40,276 nt of DNA from a virus (taxonomy: Duplodnaviria; Heunggongvirae; Uroviricota; Caudoviricetes), in the IMG/VR virus record IMGVR_UViG_2713896903_000005; one strand, written 5' to 3'. Every line of letters starts with the position of its first letter. The stretch's first letter is position 1. The notes beneath the pieces are model-generated. The model was given only the letters and a program-made list of their open reading frames with translations, made no database searches and had not been told where the DNA came from. This document shows positions 7,924-16,678 of this stretch, piece by piece. The position numbers were made by a program, and so were the translations under genes.

Positions 7924-8726
7924 GCAAGATTGACTATCAGGCACTGCGTGAGGCGGCAGAGCGTGCAATTCCGGCAATGGAACGCCTGTTAATGTTGCCA
8001 GTTGATGATGATCTGATAAGCGAACAGGAACTTAAAGATAGCGGTGTTGATATTGATGCCCTCAACGCCTTCAAATTTCTGGCCGGACCAGAAACCGTGC
8101 TGGCACTACTGGATGAGATCAACGCATTAGAGGAAACGCGTATCAACGATGTTTGCCGTATTGCGGAACTAACAAAACAACTGGAGTTGGCAAAATCAAA
8201 ACTCAACGAGCAGCGTGAGTATTACGAAGGTGTTATCTCGGATGGGAGTAAGCGCATAGCAGAGTTGCAGACAAAATCTGCACCAGATTCATTTGGCATC
8301 ATCGGTGAAAATATTCGAACACAGGATAATCGAATAACGTCAGAACCTATGTTTTGTGTGTATCAAAAGCGCGAAATCGTTGTTGATTCTGATTATGACT
8401 ATGACCGGATTGTCTGGGTTGATGAAGATGGCAATGAAGCCAATAAACGCCAAAGTCGTCGTCTCGAACTACTTCACGAAAACTTTCGAGAGCCACCAGA
8501 AAAATGGCGGCGCGTTGCTGTGAAAGATATTGATGAATTCGTTACCTGCTGTTTCACCGAACAGGGTTGTAAAGACTACCTGGCAGCCAATGGTCACAAT
8601 CTTCGCTTGCCATTTATATATGTAAAAAACGGTTTCAGGAACGCTGAATATATCGGCATAAGAAACTGGCTTGCTGGCATTCGCATCAAAGGAGACGCAG
8701 GAGAGCAAAACGATGAAAAACCGTAA
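7920..8726 (+). CDS. ead/Ea22-like family protein
   Basis: 268 aa; N-terminus MSKIDYQALREAAERA typical of Ea22-like proteins; GTG start with strong SD (AAAGGAGG), GTGA overlap with the upstream gene. Confidence 0.5.
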   Translation: MSKIDYQALREAAERAIPAMERLLMLPVDDDLISEQELKDSGVDIDALNAFKFLAGPETVLALLDEINALEETRINDVCRIAELTKQLELAKSKLNEQREYYEGVISDGSKRIAELQTKSAPDSFGIIGENIRTQDNRITSEPMFCVYQKREIVVDSDYDYDRIVWVDEDGNEANKRQSRRLELLHENFREPPEKWRRVAVKDIDEFVTCCFTEQGCKDYLAANGHNLRLPFIYVKNGFRNAEYIGIRNWLAGIRIKGDAGEQNDEKP

Positions 8727-8889
8727 AGCAAAATTACTTCTTTTATCGCGTTCGACGGGGTACGAGAAGCTACCAATCAGCAATCACAAACGGGCGGTGA
8801 TCGGCATGTTTGGTAGGGTGGTATTCGCATTTAACTATAAAACCACCGCGTCGCGTAACAGACGAGAGAAGGGGTACGCAGTGCGATGA
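8713..8889 (+). CDS. small basic ORF (58 aa), hypothetical
   Basis: Begins MKNRKAK inside the 3' end of the Ea22-like gene; its first 25 bp recur as a direct repeat at the next ORF. Confidence 0.25.
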   Translation: MKNRKAKLLLLSRSTGYEKLPISNHKRAVIGMFGRVVFAFNYKTTASRNRREKGYAVR

Positions 8890-9071
8890 AAAACCGTAAA
8901 GCAAAAATTCTTTTGACCTGTAGAAATGCTCGCGGCGTCCAGCAATGGTTAAAACTCAGTAACCGCAGAATGGGGCTGTTCAAAAATACGGCTGATATTG
9001 TGATGTGTTCACTTAACAAGCCCAGCGCGGCGCAAAACCGCTGGAAAAACCACTTGCGCACTAAAGGATAG
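8886..9071 (+). CDS. small basic ORF (61 aa), hypothetical paralogue of the previous ORF
   Basis: Same MKNRKAK start; ATGA overlap with the previous ORF. Confidence 0.3.
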   Translation: MKNRKAKILLTCRNARGVQQWLKLSNRRMGLFKNTADIVMCSLNKPSAAQNRWKNHLRTKG

Positions 9072-9075
9072 TGAT

Positions 9076-9627
9076 ATGACCACTATAACCGATAAGAAAC
9101 AGTATCCAGGCGAGCAATATCTTAATGAGCTAATCACCAACATAGAGTTTGCTGCAAGGGCACCAGTTGAAGTCGTGAGAGCGATGGCAGCAGAGCTACA
9201 GAAGCGGCGCGAAGCTGATAGTGCAGAACCTGTAAGCCAAACTTACAAGTTGCCTCCCCTGTCATCCAACGAAGTAAACGACGCGGCATGGAAATTACAC
9301 AACATGCTGACTGAACACGGCCCGCTAAATGGGCGTCAGTTCAACAATCTGAAAGGTTGCTTCTATGAGGCATTAAAGGTCGCAATGCGCAACTCTCCGG
9401 TAACTCCGGATGGTTGGATAAGCTGTAGTGAGCGAATGCCGGATACCAAAATAGCCGTTCTTGTTGCTAGGGAGTTTGACAGGAAAGGTGACTGGCGAAT
9501 GAAATGGGCGACTTATATCCCGGGTCATCCTGACGCTAATGATGGGTGGCTAATTCCTGGGGCGTCGTGGAAACCGTCACACTGGATGCCGCTACCAGAA
9601 CCACCGCAAGAGGTTAACCGTGGCTAA
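9076..9627 (+). CDS. DUF551-domain phage protein
   Basis: C-terminal WISCSERMPD...W.P...SHWMPLPEPP pattern typical of DUF551; SD AAGGA. Confidence 0.65.
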   Translation: MTTITDKKQYPGEQYLNELITNIEFAARAPVEVVRAMAAELQKRREADSAEPVSQTYKLPPLSSNEVNDAAWKLHNMLTEHGPLNGRQFNNLKGCFYEALKVAMRNSPVTPDGWISCSERMPDTKIAVLVAREFDRKGDWRMKWATYIPGHPDANDGWLIPGASWKPSHWMPLPEPPQEVNRG

Positions 9628-9901
9628 CCTGCAGCTTGCCGTCAAAGGTGAATACTTCGACGCCATGATTCGCGGAGATAAAACGGAAGAGTATCGCCTG
9701 TGTAATGACTACTGGAATAAGCGAATCATGTTCCGGGAATATGACCGCCTGATTATCACAAAGGGATATCCGAAGCGCGACGACTTCAGTCGCAGAATTG
9801 ACGTCCCGTATAACGGATATGAAATAAAAACAATCACACATCCCCACTTCGGCGATAAACCGGTAAAGGTGTTCGCGGTAAAGGTAAATATTGATGGCTA
9901 A
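9620..9901 (+). CDS. hypothetical protein (possible ASCH/PUA-like fold)
   Basis: 93 aa; GTG start with SD AGAGGT; 8-nt overlap with the upstream gene. Confidence 0.4.
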   Translation: MANLQLAVKGEYFDAMIRGDKTEEYRLCNDYWNKRIMFREYDRLIITKGYPKRDDFSRRIDVPYNGYEIKTITHPHFGDKPVKVFAVKVNIDG

Positions 9902-10232
9902 ATCAGCAGCAGAGCGCAAAGCCGCTCAGAGAGCCAGACAAGCTGCATCTGGTGTGCGTAAGCTGGAAATTGTGCTTGATGCTCAGGAAATTGAAATGCT
10001 GGAGCGTAACTGTGCCACGCGTCGCCCCGGGCGTGCGCCTTACGAATTTGGTGAGTATATAGCGTTACTGATCCGCCAGGATGATGCACGCGTGCGCGGG
10101 CGTATAAAATCGATCAGCAGAAAACGTTGCGGTAAGTGCGGCGAGAGAGTTCCAGTTAATTCATGCCCGTGTAATGGTGACTCGCAATGCTGGGTGACTA
10201 AAGGCTGGCATGAAACGAAATTAATAGTGTGA
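9894..10232 (+). CDS. hypothetical protein with C-terminal Cys cluster
   Basis: ATG at 9894 (ORF-track TTG at 9891); CGKCG...CPC motif near the C-terminus. Confidence 0.4.
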   Translation: MAKSAAERKAAQRARQAASGVRKLEIVLDAQEIEMLERNCATRRPGRAPYEFGEYIALLIRQDDARVRGRIKSISRKRCGKCGERVPVNSCPCNGDSQCWVTKGWHETKLIV

Positions 10233-10240
10233 CATGTCAC
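10229..10240. repeat. 12-bp perfect palindrome GTGACATGTCAC (copy 1 of 3)
   Basis: Identical 12-mer also at 12680..12691 and 30539..30550; all three sit at gene or module junctions. Confidence 0.6.
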
Positions 10241-10249
10241 GAAGGTGTT

Positions 10250-10462
10250 ATGCCAAAAATACGCTACGACCTTGAAGATATGAGAGATAACTCAGCAAAT
10301 TTTCCGAAAGAGGTTAAATTTCTCATGCATAAGTATGGTTGCGCTAGGAGGGATATAGTTATCGACAGTCAGCACCCTTGCGGCGAGGATGTAATTTTCA
10401 TTCGCGGTAAATGGGAAGGGTATCTTGACGAGAGTTTTTACGATGAATTTGATGGACTTTGA
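10250..10462 (+). CDS. hypothetical small protein (70 aa)
   Basis: ATG at 10250 preceded by AAGGTG; the ORF-track GTG at 10229 lies inside the palindrome. Confidence 0.4.
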   Translation: MPKIRYDLEDMRDNSANFPKEVKFLMHKYGCARRDIVIDSQHPCGEDVIFIRGKWEGYLDESFYDEFDGL

Positions 10463-10467
10463 ATACT

Positions 10468-10493
10468 GCCGCCAACTATGGCGGCTTTATTTT
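10468..10493 (+). terminator. intrinsic terminator upstream of the packaging genes
   Basis: GCCGCC-AACTAT-GGCGGC hairpin followed by TTTATTTTG. Confidence 0.6.
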
Positions 10494-10504
10494 GCATGGT
10501 ACTA

Positions 10505-10519
10505 TTACCACAACGGTAA
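10505..10519. promoter_or_regulatory. operator-like palindrome TTACCACAACGGTAA
   Basis: Perfect site; an adjacent one-mismatch site at 10523..10537 ends at the terS start codon. Confidence 0.5.
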
Positions 10520-10536
10520 CTATTACCACGGTGGTT

Positions 10537-11133
10537 ATGATGCCTGCTGAACCTAAAACCTATAAACGCAAATCAACGCAATTTAAGCCACTAACAGCAA
10601 TGCAGGAGGCTTATTGCCAGTCATACATCAAAACGCCTGAAAACCAGACTCAGGCAGCGATTAACGCAGGATTCTCCCCAAATACAGCGGCAGTTAAAGC
10701 CAGTGTCATGATGCGCGATGAACGCATTCAAAAACGCATTGCCGAGTTGATGGAGGAGCGCAACAAACGAATGCGCGTCAGTGCTGATTACGTTCTCATG
10801 CGCCTGGTGGAGATCGACCAGATGGACGTGATCGACATCCTCAACGACGATGGGAGCCTTAAACCAATCCGTGAGTGGCCGAAAATCTGGCGCACTACGC
10901 TTAGTGGCTTTGATCTGTCATCGACCATCATGAACATGAACGAGGATTCGATAGAGACAATCCTCAAAAAAATTAAATGGCCTGACAAGGTGAAGAACCT
11001 TGAGCTGATTGGTAAGCATGTTGATGTCAACGCGTTCAAAGAACGCCTGGATGTTAATGTGAATGTGACAATTGCTGATCGCATAGCGGCAGCCAGGAAG
11101 CGACTCAAAGAACGTCAGGATGGTAATCAGTGA
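10537..11133 (+). CDS. terS: terminase small subunit
   Basis: Segment AYCQSYIKTPENQTQAAINAGFSPNTAAVKASVMMRDERIQKRI is typical of Terminase_2-type small subunits; ATG at 10537 chosen because the ORF-track TTG at 10459 would read through a terminator and operator sites. Confidence 0.7.
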   Translation: MMPAEPKTYKRKSTQFKPLTAMQEAYCQSYIKTPENQTQAAINAGFSPNTAAVKASVMMRDERIQKRIAELMEERNKRMRVSADYVLMRLVEIDQMDVIDILNDDGSLKPIREWPKIWRTTLSGFDLSSTIMNMNEDSIETILKKIKWPDKVKNLELIGKHVDVNAFKERLDVNVNVTIADRIAAARKRLKERQDGNQ

Positions 11134-12605
11134 CAGATACAGCGTTATCTCCTGAAGAGCAGTTGATCGAGGATATTGCAGGGTTCACTCACGATCCGCT
11201 TGGCTATGCCCTCTATGCGTTCCCGTGGGGGGAAGAGGGGACTGAACTGGCACATGCCACCGGCCCACGTCAGTGGCAGGCTGATGCGTTCCGAGAGATA
11301 CGTGATCACCTGCAGAATCCAGAGACGCGCTATCAGCCGCTTATGCTGGCACGCGCTTCTGGTCACGGTATTGGTAAATCCGCATTCATCTCAATGCTGA
11401 TCAACTGGGGCATGTCCACTTGCGAGGATTGTAAGGTCGTGGTGACCGCCAACACCGACAACCAGCTACGAACGAAGACCTGGCCGGAAATTATCAAGTG
11501 GTCGAACCTTGCTATCACGAAAGACTGGTTTACCTGTACCGCTACCGCGATGTACAGCAATGACCCTGGGCACGACAAGCGGTGGCGAGCTGACGCAATC
11601 CCCTGGTCTGAGCACAACACTGAGGCATTCGCCGGACTACACAACGAGCGAAAACGCATCATCGTGGTATTCGATGAAGCGTCGAACATTGCGGATCTGG
11701 TGTGGGAAGTTGCTGAGGGTGCGCTTACGGACGAAGACACTGAGATTATCTGGGTGGCGTTCGGAAACCCTACACGTAACACCGGACGTTTCCGCGAATG
11801 TTTCCGCAAATATAAACACCGCTGGAAAACTGCGCAGATTGACAGCCGGACGGTGGAAGGCACTAACAAACAGCAGTTGCAGAAATGGGTTGATGACTAC
11901 GGGGAAGACAGCGACTTCGTTAAAATCCGTGTGCGCGGCATATTCCCTGATGCATCTGAATTGCAGTTTATCCCTACCGGTCTTACTGATGAGGCAATGA
12001 AACGGGTGGTAACCGCTGCGCAGGTGGCGCATGCTCCGGTGATAATCGGTGTTGACCCGGCATATTCAGGCGTTGATGACGCGGTGATATACCTGCGGCA
12101 GGGGCTACACAGTAAGGTGCTGTGGACTGGCAACAAGACTACCGACGATCTGATTATGGCGAAGCGTATCGCTGACTTTGAAGACCAGTATCAGGCTGAC
12201 GCAGTGTTCATCGACTTCGGTTACGGAACCGGTTTGAAGTCAATCGGTGATGGCTGGGGACGTACATGGCAACTTGTTCCGTTCGGCGGTGCGTCCACTG
12301 ACCCGCAGATGCTTAACAAGCGTGGGGAGATGTTCAACTCATGTAAGACATGGCTGAGGCTGGGCGGCATGCTGGATGACCAGGAAACTGCAGACGACCT
12401 GTCGGCGGCAGAGTACAAAGTTCGTGTGGACGGTAAAATCGTTATCGAACCGAAGGAAGATATCAAAGAGCGTCTTGGGCGTTCGCCGGGTAAAGGCGAT
12501 GCGCTACTGCTGACGTTTGCTTTCCCGGTGTCGAAGCGCCTGCGACTTCCCGGGCAGCAGAACCAGCAAGGAAAGGCCATTACAGATTACGATCCCTATG
12601 CTTAA
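11130..12605 (+). CDS. terL: terminase large subunit
   Basis: 491 aa; Walker A-like ARASGHGIGKS and Walker B-like IIVVFDEAS; GTG start with SD overlapping the terS stop. Confidence 0.85.
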   Translation: MTDTALSPEEQLIEDIAGFTHDPLGYALYAFPWGEEGTELAHATGPRQWQADAFREIRDHLQNPETRYQPLMLARASGHGIGKSAFISMLINWGMSTCEDCKVVVTANTDNQLRTKTWPEIIKWSNLAITKDWFTCTATAMYSNDPGHDKRWRADAIPWSEHNTEAFAGLHNERKRIIVVFDEASNIADLVWEVAEGALTDEDTEIIWVAFGNPTRNTGRFRECFRKYKHRWKTAQIDSRTVEGTNKQQLQKWVDDYGEDSDFVKIRVRGIFPDASELQFIPTGLTDEAMKRVVTAAQVAHAPVIIGVDPAYSGVDDAVIYLRQGLHSKVLWTGNKTTDDLIMAKRIADFEDQYQADAVFIDFGYGTGLKSIGDGWGRTWQLVPFGGASTDPQMLNKRGEMFNSCKTWLRLGGMLDDQETADDLSAAEYKVRVDGKIVIEPKEDIKERLGRSPGKGDALLLTFAFPVSKRLRLPGQQNQQGKAITDYDPYA

Positions 12606-12679
12606 TCCGCTGGAGGGGATAATGCTGCTGATATCCTCTGATGAGGGTAAAACAAAGCCAGCTCATAGGCTGGCTGTTT

Positions 12680-12691
12680 GTGACATGTCAC
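12680..12691. repeat. 12-bp perfect palindrome GTGACATGTCAC (copy 2 of 3)
   Basis: Between the convergent terL and gp49-like genes, immediately after hairpin AGCCAGC-N6-GCTGGCT (12656..12675). Confidence 0.6.
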
Positions 12692-12695
12692 GGTG

Positions 12696-13076
12696 TTATT
12701 GCTCGCTTAACTTCTGCTTCAGCAAGTAACCTTCGAGCATCCAGATTTTGTTTACAGCATTCTGCCGGGCAATCTTCCGACCAATTTCTGCATCAAAGTT
12801 TTCCGGGCTTGCACAGGCACTCTCTCCGGTGACGGTGAAGCCATTCTTCAGCACCAGTACGCAGAAAGTGAGCAACTTCAATGGTGATAAATCACGATCG
12901 CCTTCTTCTGGTTTCTCTCTGCCACAATATTCGTTGCTGGAAATGGCACCATTTCGTCCATCATAAGCAGTAAAGTAATGCTCGCTTTTAATCACGTCTT
13001 CGATGTGCTGAGGAGTGATTCGCGGGGCTGTTTTGCCTTTCTCAACGATTTCTTTTTCGATTTGCTGGTCGTTCAT
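12696..13076 (-). CDS. Gp49-like (Phage_gp49_66 family) protein, moron
   Basis: 126 aa; C-terminal VTGESACASPENFDAEIGRKIARQNAVNKIWMLEGY pattern typical of the gp49/gene-66 family; opposite orientation to the packaging and head genes. Confidence 0.55.
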   Translation of the reverse strand: MNDQQIEKEIVEKGKTAPRITPQHIEDVIKSEHYFTAYDGRNGAISSNEYCGREKPEEGDRDLSPLKLLTFCVLVLKNGFTVTGESACASPENFDAEIGRKIARQNAVNKIWMLEGYLLKQKLSEQ

Positions 13077-13085
13077 AATCTCACC

Positions 13086-13111
13086 TTAAAAAAATGCCCG
13101 GCGAACCGGGC
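13086..13111 (-). terminator. terminator-like hairpin between the tRNA and the gp49-like gene
   Basis: Minus strand: GCCCGG-TTCG-CCGGGC followed by ATTTTTTT, only about 10 nt before the gp49-like SD and start; a second hairpin plus T-run lies at about 13190..13231. Confidence 0.45.
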
Positions 13112-13274
13112 GAACTGGAAGCAATGAGTTATGCCTTCCGTGGCTGTACTGGTTTACAGCATGAAGTCATCGCAATGGCGTCCTGCTGTAAAAAGGGCGG
13201 TGATAGTCCTTCAAGGGAAACCATCACCGCCAATCACCTGGAACTTCTGGTATTACGGTCCTTAGGCGTGATTC

Positions 13275-13351
13275 TGGCGTGGCATGCAGGATTCGAACCT
13301 GCGACCAACCGCTTAGAAGGCGGTTGCTCTGTCCAGCTGAGCTAATGCCAC
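13275..13351 (-). tRNA. tRNA-Arg (anticodon UCU)
   Basis: 77-nt cloverleaf read by hand on the minus strand: acceptor GTGGCAT/ATGCCAC, D-stem GCTC/GAGC, anticodon stem ACCGC/GCGGT with loop CTTCTAA, T-stem GCAGG/CCTGC with loop TTCGAAT, discriminator G, encoded CCA. Confidence 0.85.
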
Positions 13352-13673
13352 AACGCTGAGAGCACTTAGCCTGTTAAGGCGCCACACTTTGTCGCGGCTC
13401 CATAAATGCTCTCATCGTTGTACCATCGTCTCTTCCGAGGCGTCACACCGAATCGCCGGGATGGTGAATCCCCGTGCGCGGAATAAAACCGCTCGACTTG
13501 CACATTCCGGCTACCTGGTTCGTTTGCCCGAGCAAGGGAGGGTTCCCCTTAAACGTATCCAGACCGCTATCGGCGCATGTGCCATACGCCGTACTGCTCA
13601 AAATAAAAGCTCACTCCACCTGTTCAATTTAACGACAAGCCAGTCAGGTTAGTAACCGGAATGAACTCTTTGG

Positions 13674-13688
13674 TTACCCGAAAGGTAA
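13674..13688. promoter_or_regulatory. operator-like palindrome TTACCCGAAAGGTAA
   Basis: Perfect site in the 430-bp noncoding region upstream of the portal/head operon. Confidence 0.5.
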
Positions 13689-13778
13689 TAATTTGTGCGT
13701 TAAATGTCAACTATCTACGATAAATAAATCATATATGGTTAAATTGGTAATAATTTAATTGCGTACGGAGTCATTGAT

Positions 13779-13985
13779 ATGTGCATGGGTAGCTCACCAT
13801 CAGTGCCTGCAACACCAGAAGTTCAGGCAGCACCACAGGAGCAGGATGCCGCCGTTGTTGATGCCCGCGACGAAGAAACTCGTCGCCGTCGCGCTGCTGC
13901 TGGTCGTAGTTCTACGCTGCTTACCGGTTCTCAGGGCGACACATCAACCGCTAATACCAGCGGTAAAACGCTGCTTGGTCAGTAA
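13779..13985 (+). CDS. hypothetical small protein (68 aa), first gene of the head operon
   Basis: ATG with SD GGAG; acidic, Ala/Arg-rich; no recognisable domain. Confidence 0.4.
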   Translation: MCMGSSPSVPATPEVQAAPQEQDAAVVDARDEETRRRRAAAGRSSTLLTGSQGDTSTANTSGKTLLGQ

Positions 13986-13999
13986 CCGGAGTCATTGAA

Positions 14000-15679
14000 A
14001 TGGCGGAAACAACTAAAGAGCGATTGAACAAACAGTTCGCACAACTTGAAAGCGAGCGTCAGTCGTTCGAGCCGCACTGGCGCGAGTTGAGTGATTACAT
14101 CAACCCGCGTGGTTCCCGCTTTCTGACTTCTGAGGTCAACCGTAACGATCGACGCAATACACGCATTATTGATTCGACCGGGACTATGGCGGCGCGTACT
14201 CTCGCCAGCGGCATGATGTCTGGCATCACAAGCCCCGCGCGTCCGTGGTTTCGCCTGGCTACGCCAGATCCTGAAATGATGGATTATGGCCCTGTTAAGT
14301 TGTGGCTTGAGGCGGTGCAGAACCGCATGAACGATATGTTCAATAAGTCGAATCTCTATCAGTCGCTGCCGCAGTTATACGGAAGCCTCGGCACATACAG
14401 CACTGGCGCAATGGCGGTGCTGGAGGATGACGAGGACATCATTCGTACAATGCCATTCCCGATAGGAAGTTACTACCTGGCTAACTCACCTCGTGGCAGT
14501 GTGGACACCTGTTTTCGTAAGTTCTCTATGACTGTTCGTCAGCTTGTTCAGGAATTCGGACTAAATAACGTCAGCGAATCCGTAAAAAGCATGTGGGAAA
14601 GCGGCACCTACGAGAAGTGGATTGAAGTGATGCATTCGGTTTACCCGAACATTGACCGCGATACATCGAAGCTGGATAGCAAGAACAAGCCATTCAAATC
14701 GGTTTATTACGAGGTTGGTGGCGATAACGACAAGTTGTTGCGTGAGTCCGGATTCGATGAGTTTCCAATTATGGCTCCGCGCTGGGAAGTTAACGGCGAA
14801 GATGTTTATGGATCATCATGCCCGGGTATGCTGGCGCTTGGACCTGTTAAGGCATTGCAGCTTCTCCAGAAGCGCAAGTCGCAGTTGATTGATAAAGCCA
14901 CCAATCCGCCGATGGTTGCTCCGACTTCCCTCAAGAATCAGCGTGCCTCCCTTCTTCCTGGCGACATCACGTATATCGATCAGATTACTGGTCAGGATGG
15001 TTTCAGGCCTGCTTATCTGGTTAACCCCAGTACAGCAGATTTGGTGGCAGACATTCAGGACACTCGTCAAATCATTAACAGCGCCTACTTTGTCGATCTG
15101 TTCATGATGTTGCAGAACATCAACACCCGCTCGATGCCTGTTGAAGCGGTGATCGAAATGAAAGAAGAAAAACTTCTGATGTTGGGGCCGGTTCTGGAGC
15201 GTCTGAACGACGAATGTCTTAATCCTCTCATTGACCGCGCTTTCTCGATGATGGTGCGTAAAAACATGCTGCCGCCACCGCCTGACGCGATGGAAGGTAT
15301 GCCCCTGAAGGTCGAATACATTTCCGTCATGGCTCAGGCGCAGAAGTCTATCGGCCTGTCCAGTCTGGCATCCACGGTCAACTTCATTGGTCAACTTGCG
15401 CAAGCGAAACCAGAAGCTCTCGACAAACTCAACGTTGATCAGGCGATCGATGCATTCGCTGATATGTCCGGAGTGTCTCCAACCGTCATTGTTCCGCAGG
15501 AACAGGTTGAGCAGGCTCGCCAGCAACGGGCACAGCAACAACAGCAGCAACAAATGATGGCGATGGGGATGGCGGCGGCACAGGGTGCCAAGACGCTAAG
15601 CGAAGCTAAAACTTCGGATCCGAGTGTTTTGTCAGCTATGGCGAATGCAGTTAGTGGTCAGGGTGGGCAATCACAATGA
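14000..15679 (+). CDS. portal protein
   Basis: 559 aa, downstream of the terminase genes and upstream of scaffold and capsid genes; Gln/Ala-rich C-terminal tail; size and position typical of portal proteins. Confidence 0.7.
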   Translation: MAETTKERLNKQFAQLESERQSFEPHWRELSDYINPRGSRFLTSEVNRNDRRNTRIIDSTGTMAARTLASGMMSGITSPARPWFRLATPDPEMMDYGPVKLWLEAVQNRMNDMFNKSNLYQSLPQLYGSLGTYSTGAMAVLEDDEDIIRTMPFPIGSYYLANSPRGSVDTCFRKFSMTVRQLVQEFGLNNVSESVKSMWESGTYEKWIEVMHSVYPNIDRDTSKLDSKNKPFKSVYYEVGGDNDKLLRESGFDEFPIMAPRWEVNGEDVYGSSCPGMLALGPVKALQLLQKRKSQLIDKATNPPMVAPTSLKNQRASLLPGDITYIDQITGQDGFRPAYLVNPSTADLVADIQDTRQIINSAYFVDLFMMLQNINTRSMPVEAVIEMKEEKLLMLGPVLERLNDECLNPLIDRAFSMMVRKNMLPPPPDAMEGMPLKVEYISVMAQAQKSIGLSSLASTVNFIGQLAQAKPEALDKLNVDQAIDAFADMSGVSPTVIVPQEQVEQARQQRAQQQQQQQMMAMGMAAAQGAKTLSEAKTSDPSVLSAMANAVSGQGGQSQ

Positions 15680-15972
15680 CAGATTACGAAGACGATCAAC
15701 TGAAAGAAGAAAACGCCCGTAAGCAACGTGACATGGCACAGCGTGAAATTGATGACATTCGCTTTGTCATGAGCAGTGAACAGGGGCGTCGCGTTGTCTG
15801 GTCTGTGCTGGAGAAAGGCCGGGTGTTTTCCGCTATCTCTCCGATTGATGCTATGGCAATGGCATTTAATGAGGGGCAACGCAATCTGGCGCTGGAACTG
15901 TTTCAGCGCGTTATGGCGCATTGCCCTGAACAGTATTTGAAGATGGCCAAAGAGGCCAGTGAACAGGAGTGA
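15676..15972 (+). CDS. hypothetical head-assembly protein
   Basis: 98 aa; ATGA overlap with the portal stop; SD GGGTGGG. Confidence 0.45.
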   Translation: MTDYEDDQLKEENARKQRDMAQREIDDIRFVMSSEQGRRVVWSVLEKGRVFSAISPIDAMAMAFNEGQRNLALELFQRVMAHCPEQYLKMAKEASEQE

Positions 15973-15974
15973 TC

Positions 15975-16670
15975 ATGAATTTATTTGAGCGTTTGCTGTA
16001 TCGCCGTCTTTGCAATGAGCAACCAGTCGATGGTGGAGCAGCTCCGGCTGCGTCAGAACCATCAGCGCCTGCAGGTGATAACCCTGCTCCAGTTGGTGAT
16101 CCATCACAACCGGAAGGTGATAAGCCACAACCTGTTGCTGATGGCGATAAACCTGCTGATGACAAAAAGCCTGAAAACGATAAGCAGGATGAAAAAAAGG
16201 ACGGCGATAAACCAGAGGGTGCGCCTGAGAAGTACGAGTTTCAGGCTGCCGAAGGCGTAGAGCTGGATACAGAAGCGTTGAAGGAATTCGAGCCGGTGGC
16301 GCGAGAACTTAACCTGACCAACGAGCAAGCGCAAAAGCTGGTTGATGCTTATCCGAAGATTCTGGCAGGTGTTCAGCAGCGCCAGGCAGAAGCCTGGCAG
16401 AAAACAACCGAGCAGTGGGCTGCGGATGTAAAAGCTGACAAAGAAATCGGTGGCGACAAGTTGATTTCTAACCTTAGCGCCGCACAGCGTGCGCTTGACC
16501 AGTTCGGGACACCTGAACTCAAAGAATATCTGAACACCACCGGGCTGGGTAATCACCCTGATCTGGTCAAAACGTTCGTGAAAATCGGAAAGGCGATGTC
16601 TGAAGATGGCATGGTCACCGGTGGTAATGAAGGCCAGCGTAGTGCGGCCGAAGTGCTCTATGGCAAATAA
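15975..16670 (+). CDS. putative scaffolding protein
   Basis: Pro/Asp/Lys-rich acidic N-terminal half and helical C-terminal half, immediately upstream of the capsid gene; ATG at 15975 with SD AGGAG (ORF-track GTG at 15969). Confidence 0.5.
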   Translation: MNLFERLLYRRLCNEQPVDGGAAPAASEPSAPAGDNPAPVGDPSQPEGDKPQPVADGDKPADDKKPENDKQDEKKDGDKPEGAPEKYEFQAAEGVELDTEALKEFEPVARELNLTNEQAQKLVDAYPKILAGVQQRQAEAWQKTTEQWAADVKADKEIGGDKLISNLSAAQRALDQFGTPELKEYLNTTGLGNHPDLVKTFVKIGKAMSEDGMVTGGNEGQRSAAEVLYGK

Positions 16671-16678
16671 GAGAGGAA

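Noticed and set aside
10459-10536. N-terminal extension of terS in the ORF track (TTG start)
   Set aside because: The extension would read through an intrinsic terminator and two operator-like palindromes; the ATG at 10537 is the more plausible start.
13094-13652. Plus-strand ORFs 13094..13345 and 13389..13652
   Set aside because: The first overlaps the minus-strand tRNA-Arg and terminator hairpins; the second lies in the noncoding region upstream of the head operon and has no SD or recognisable features.
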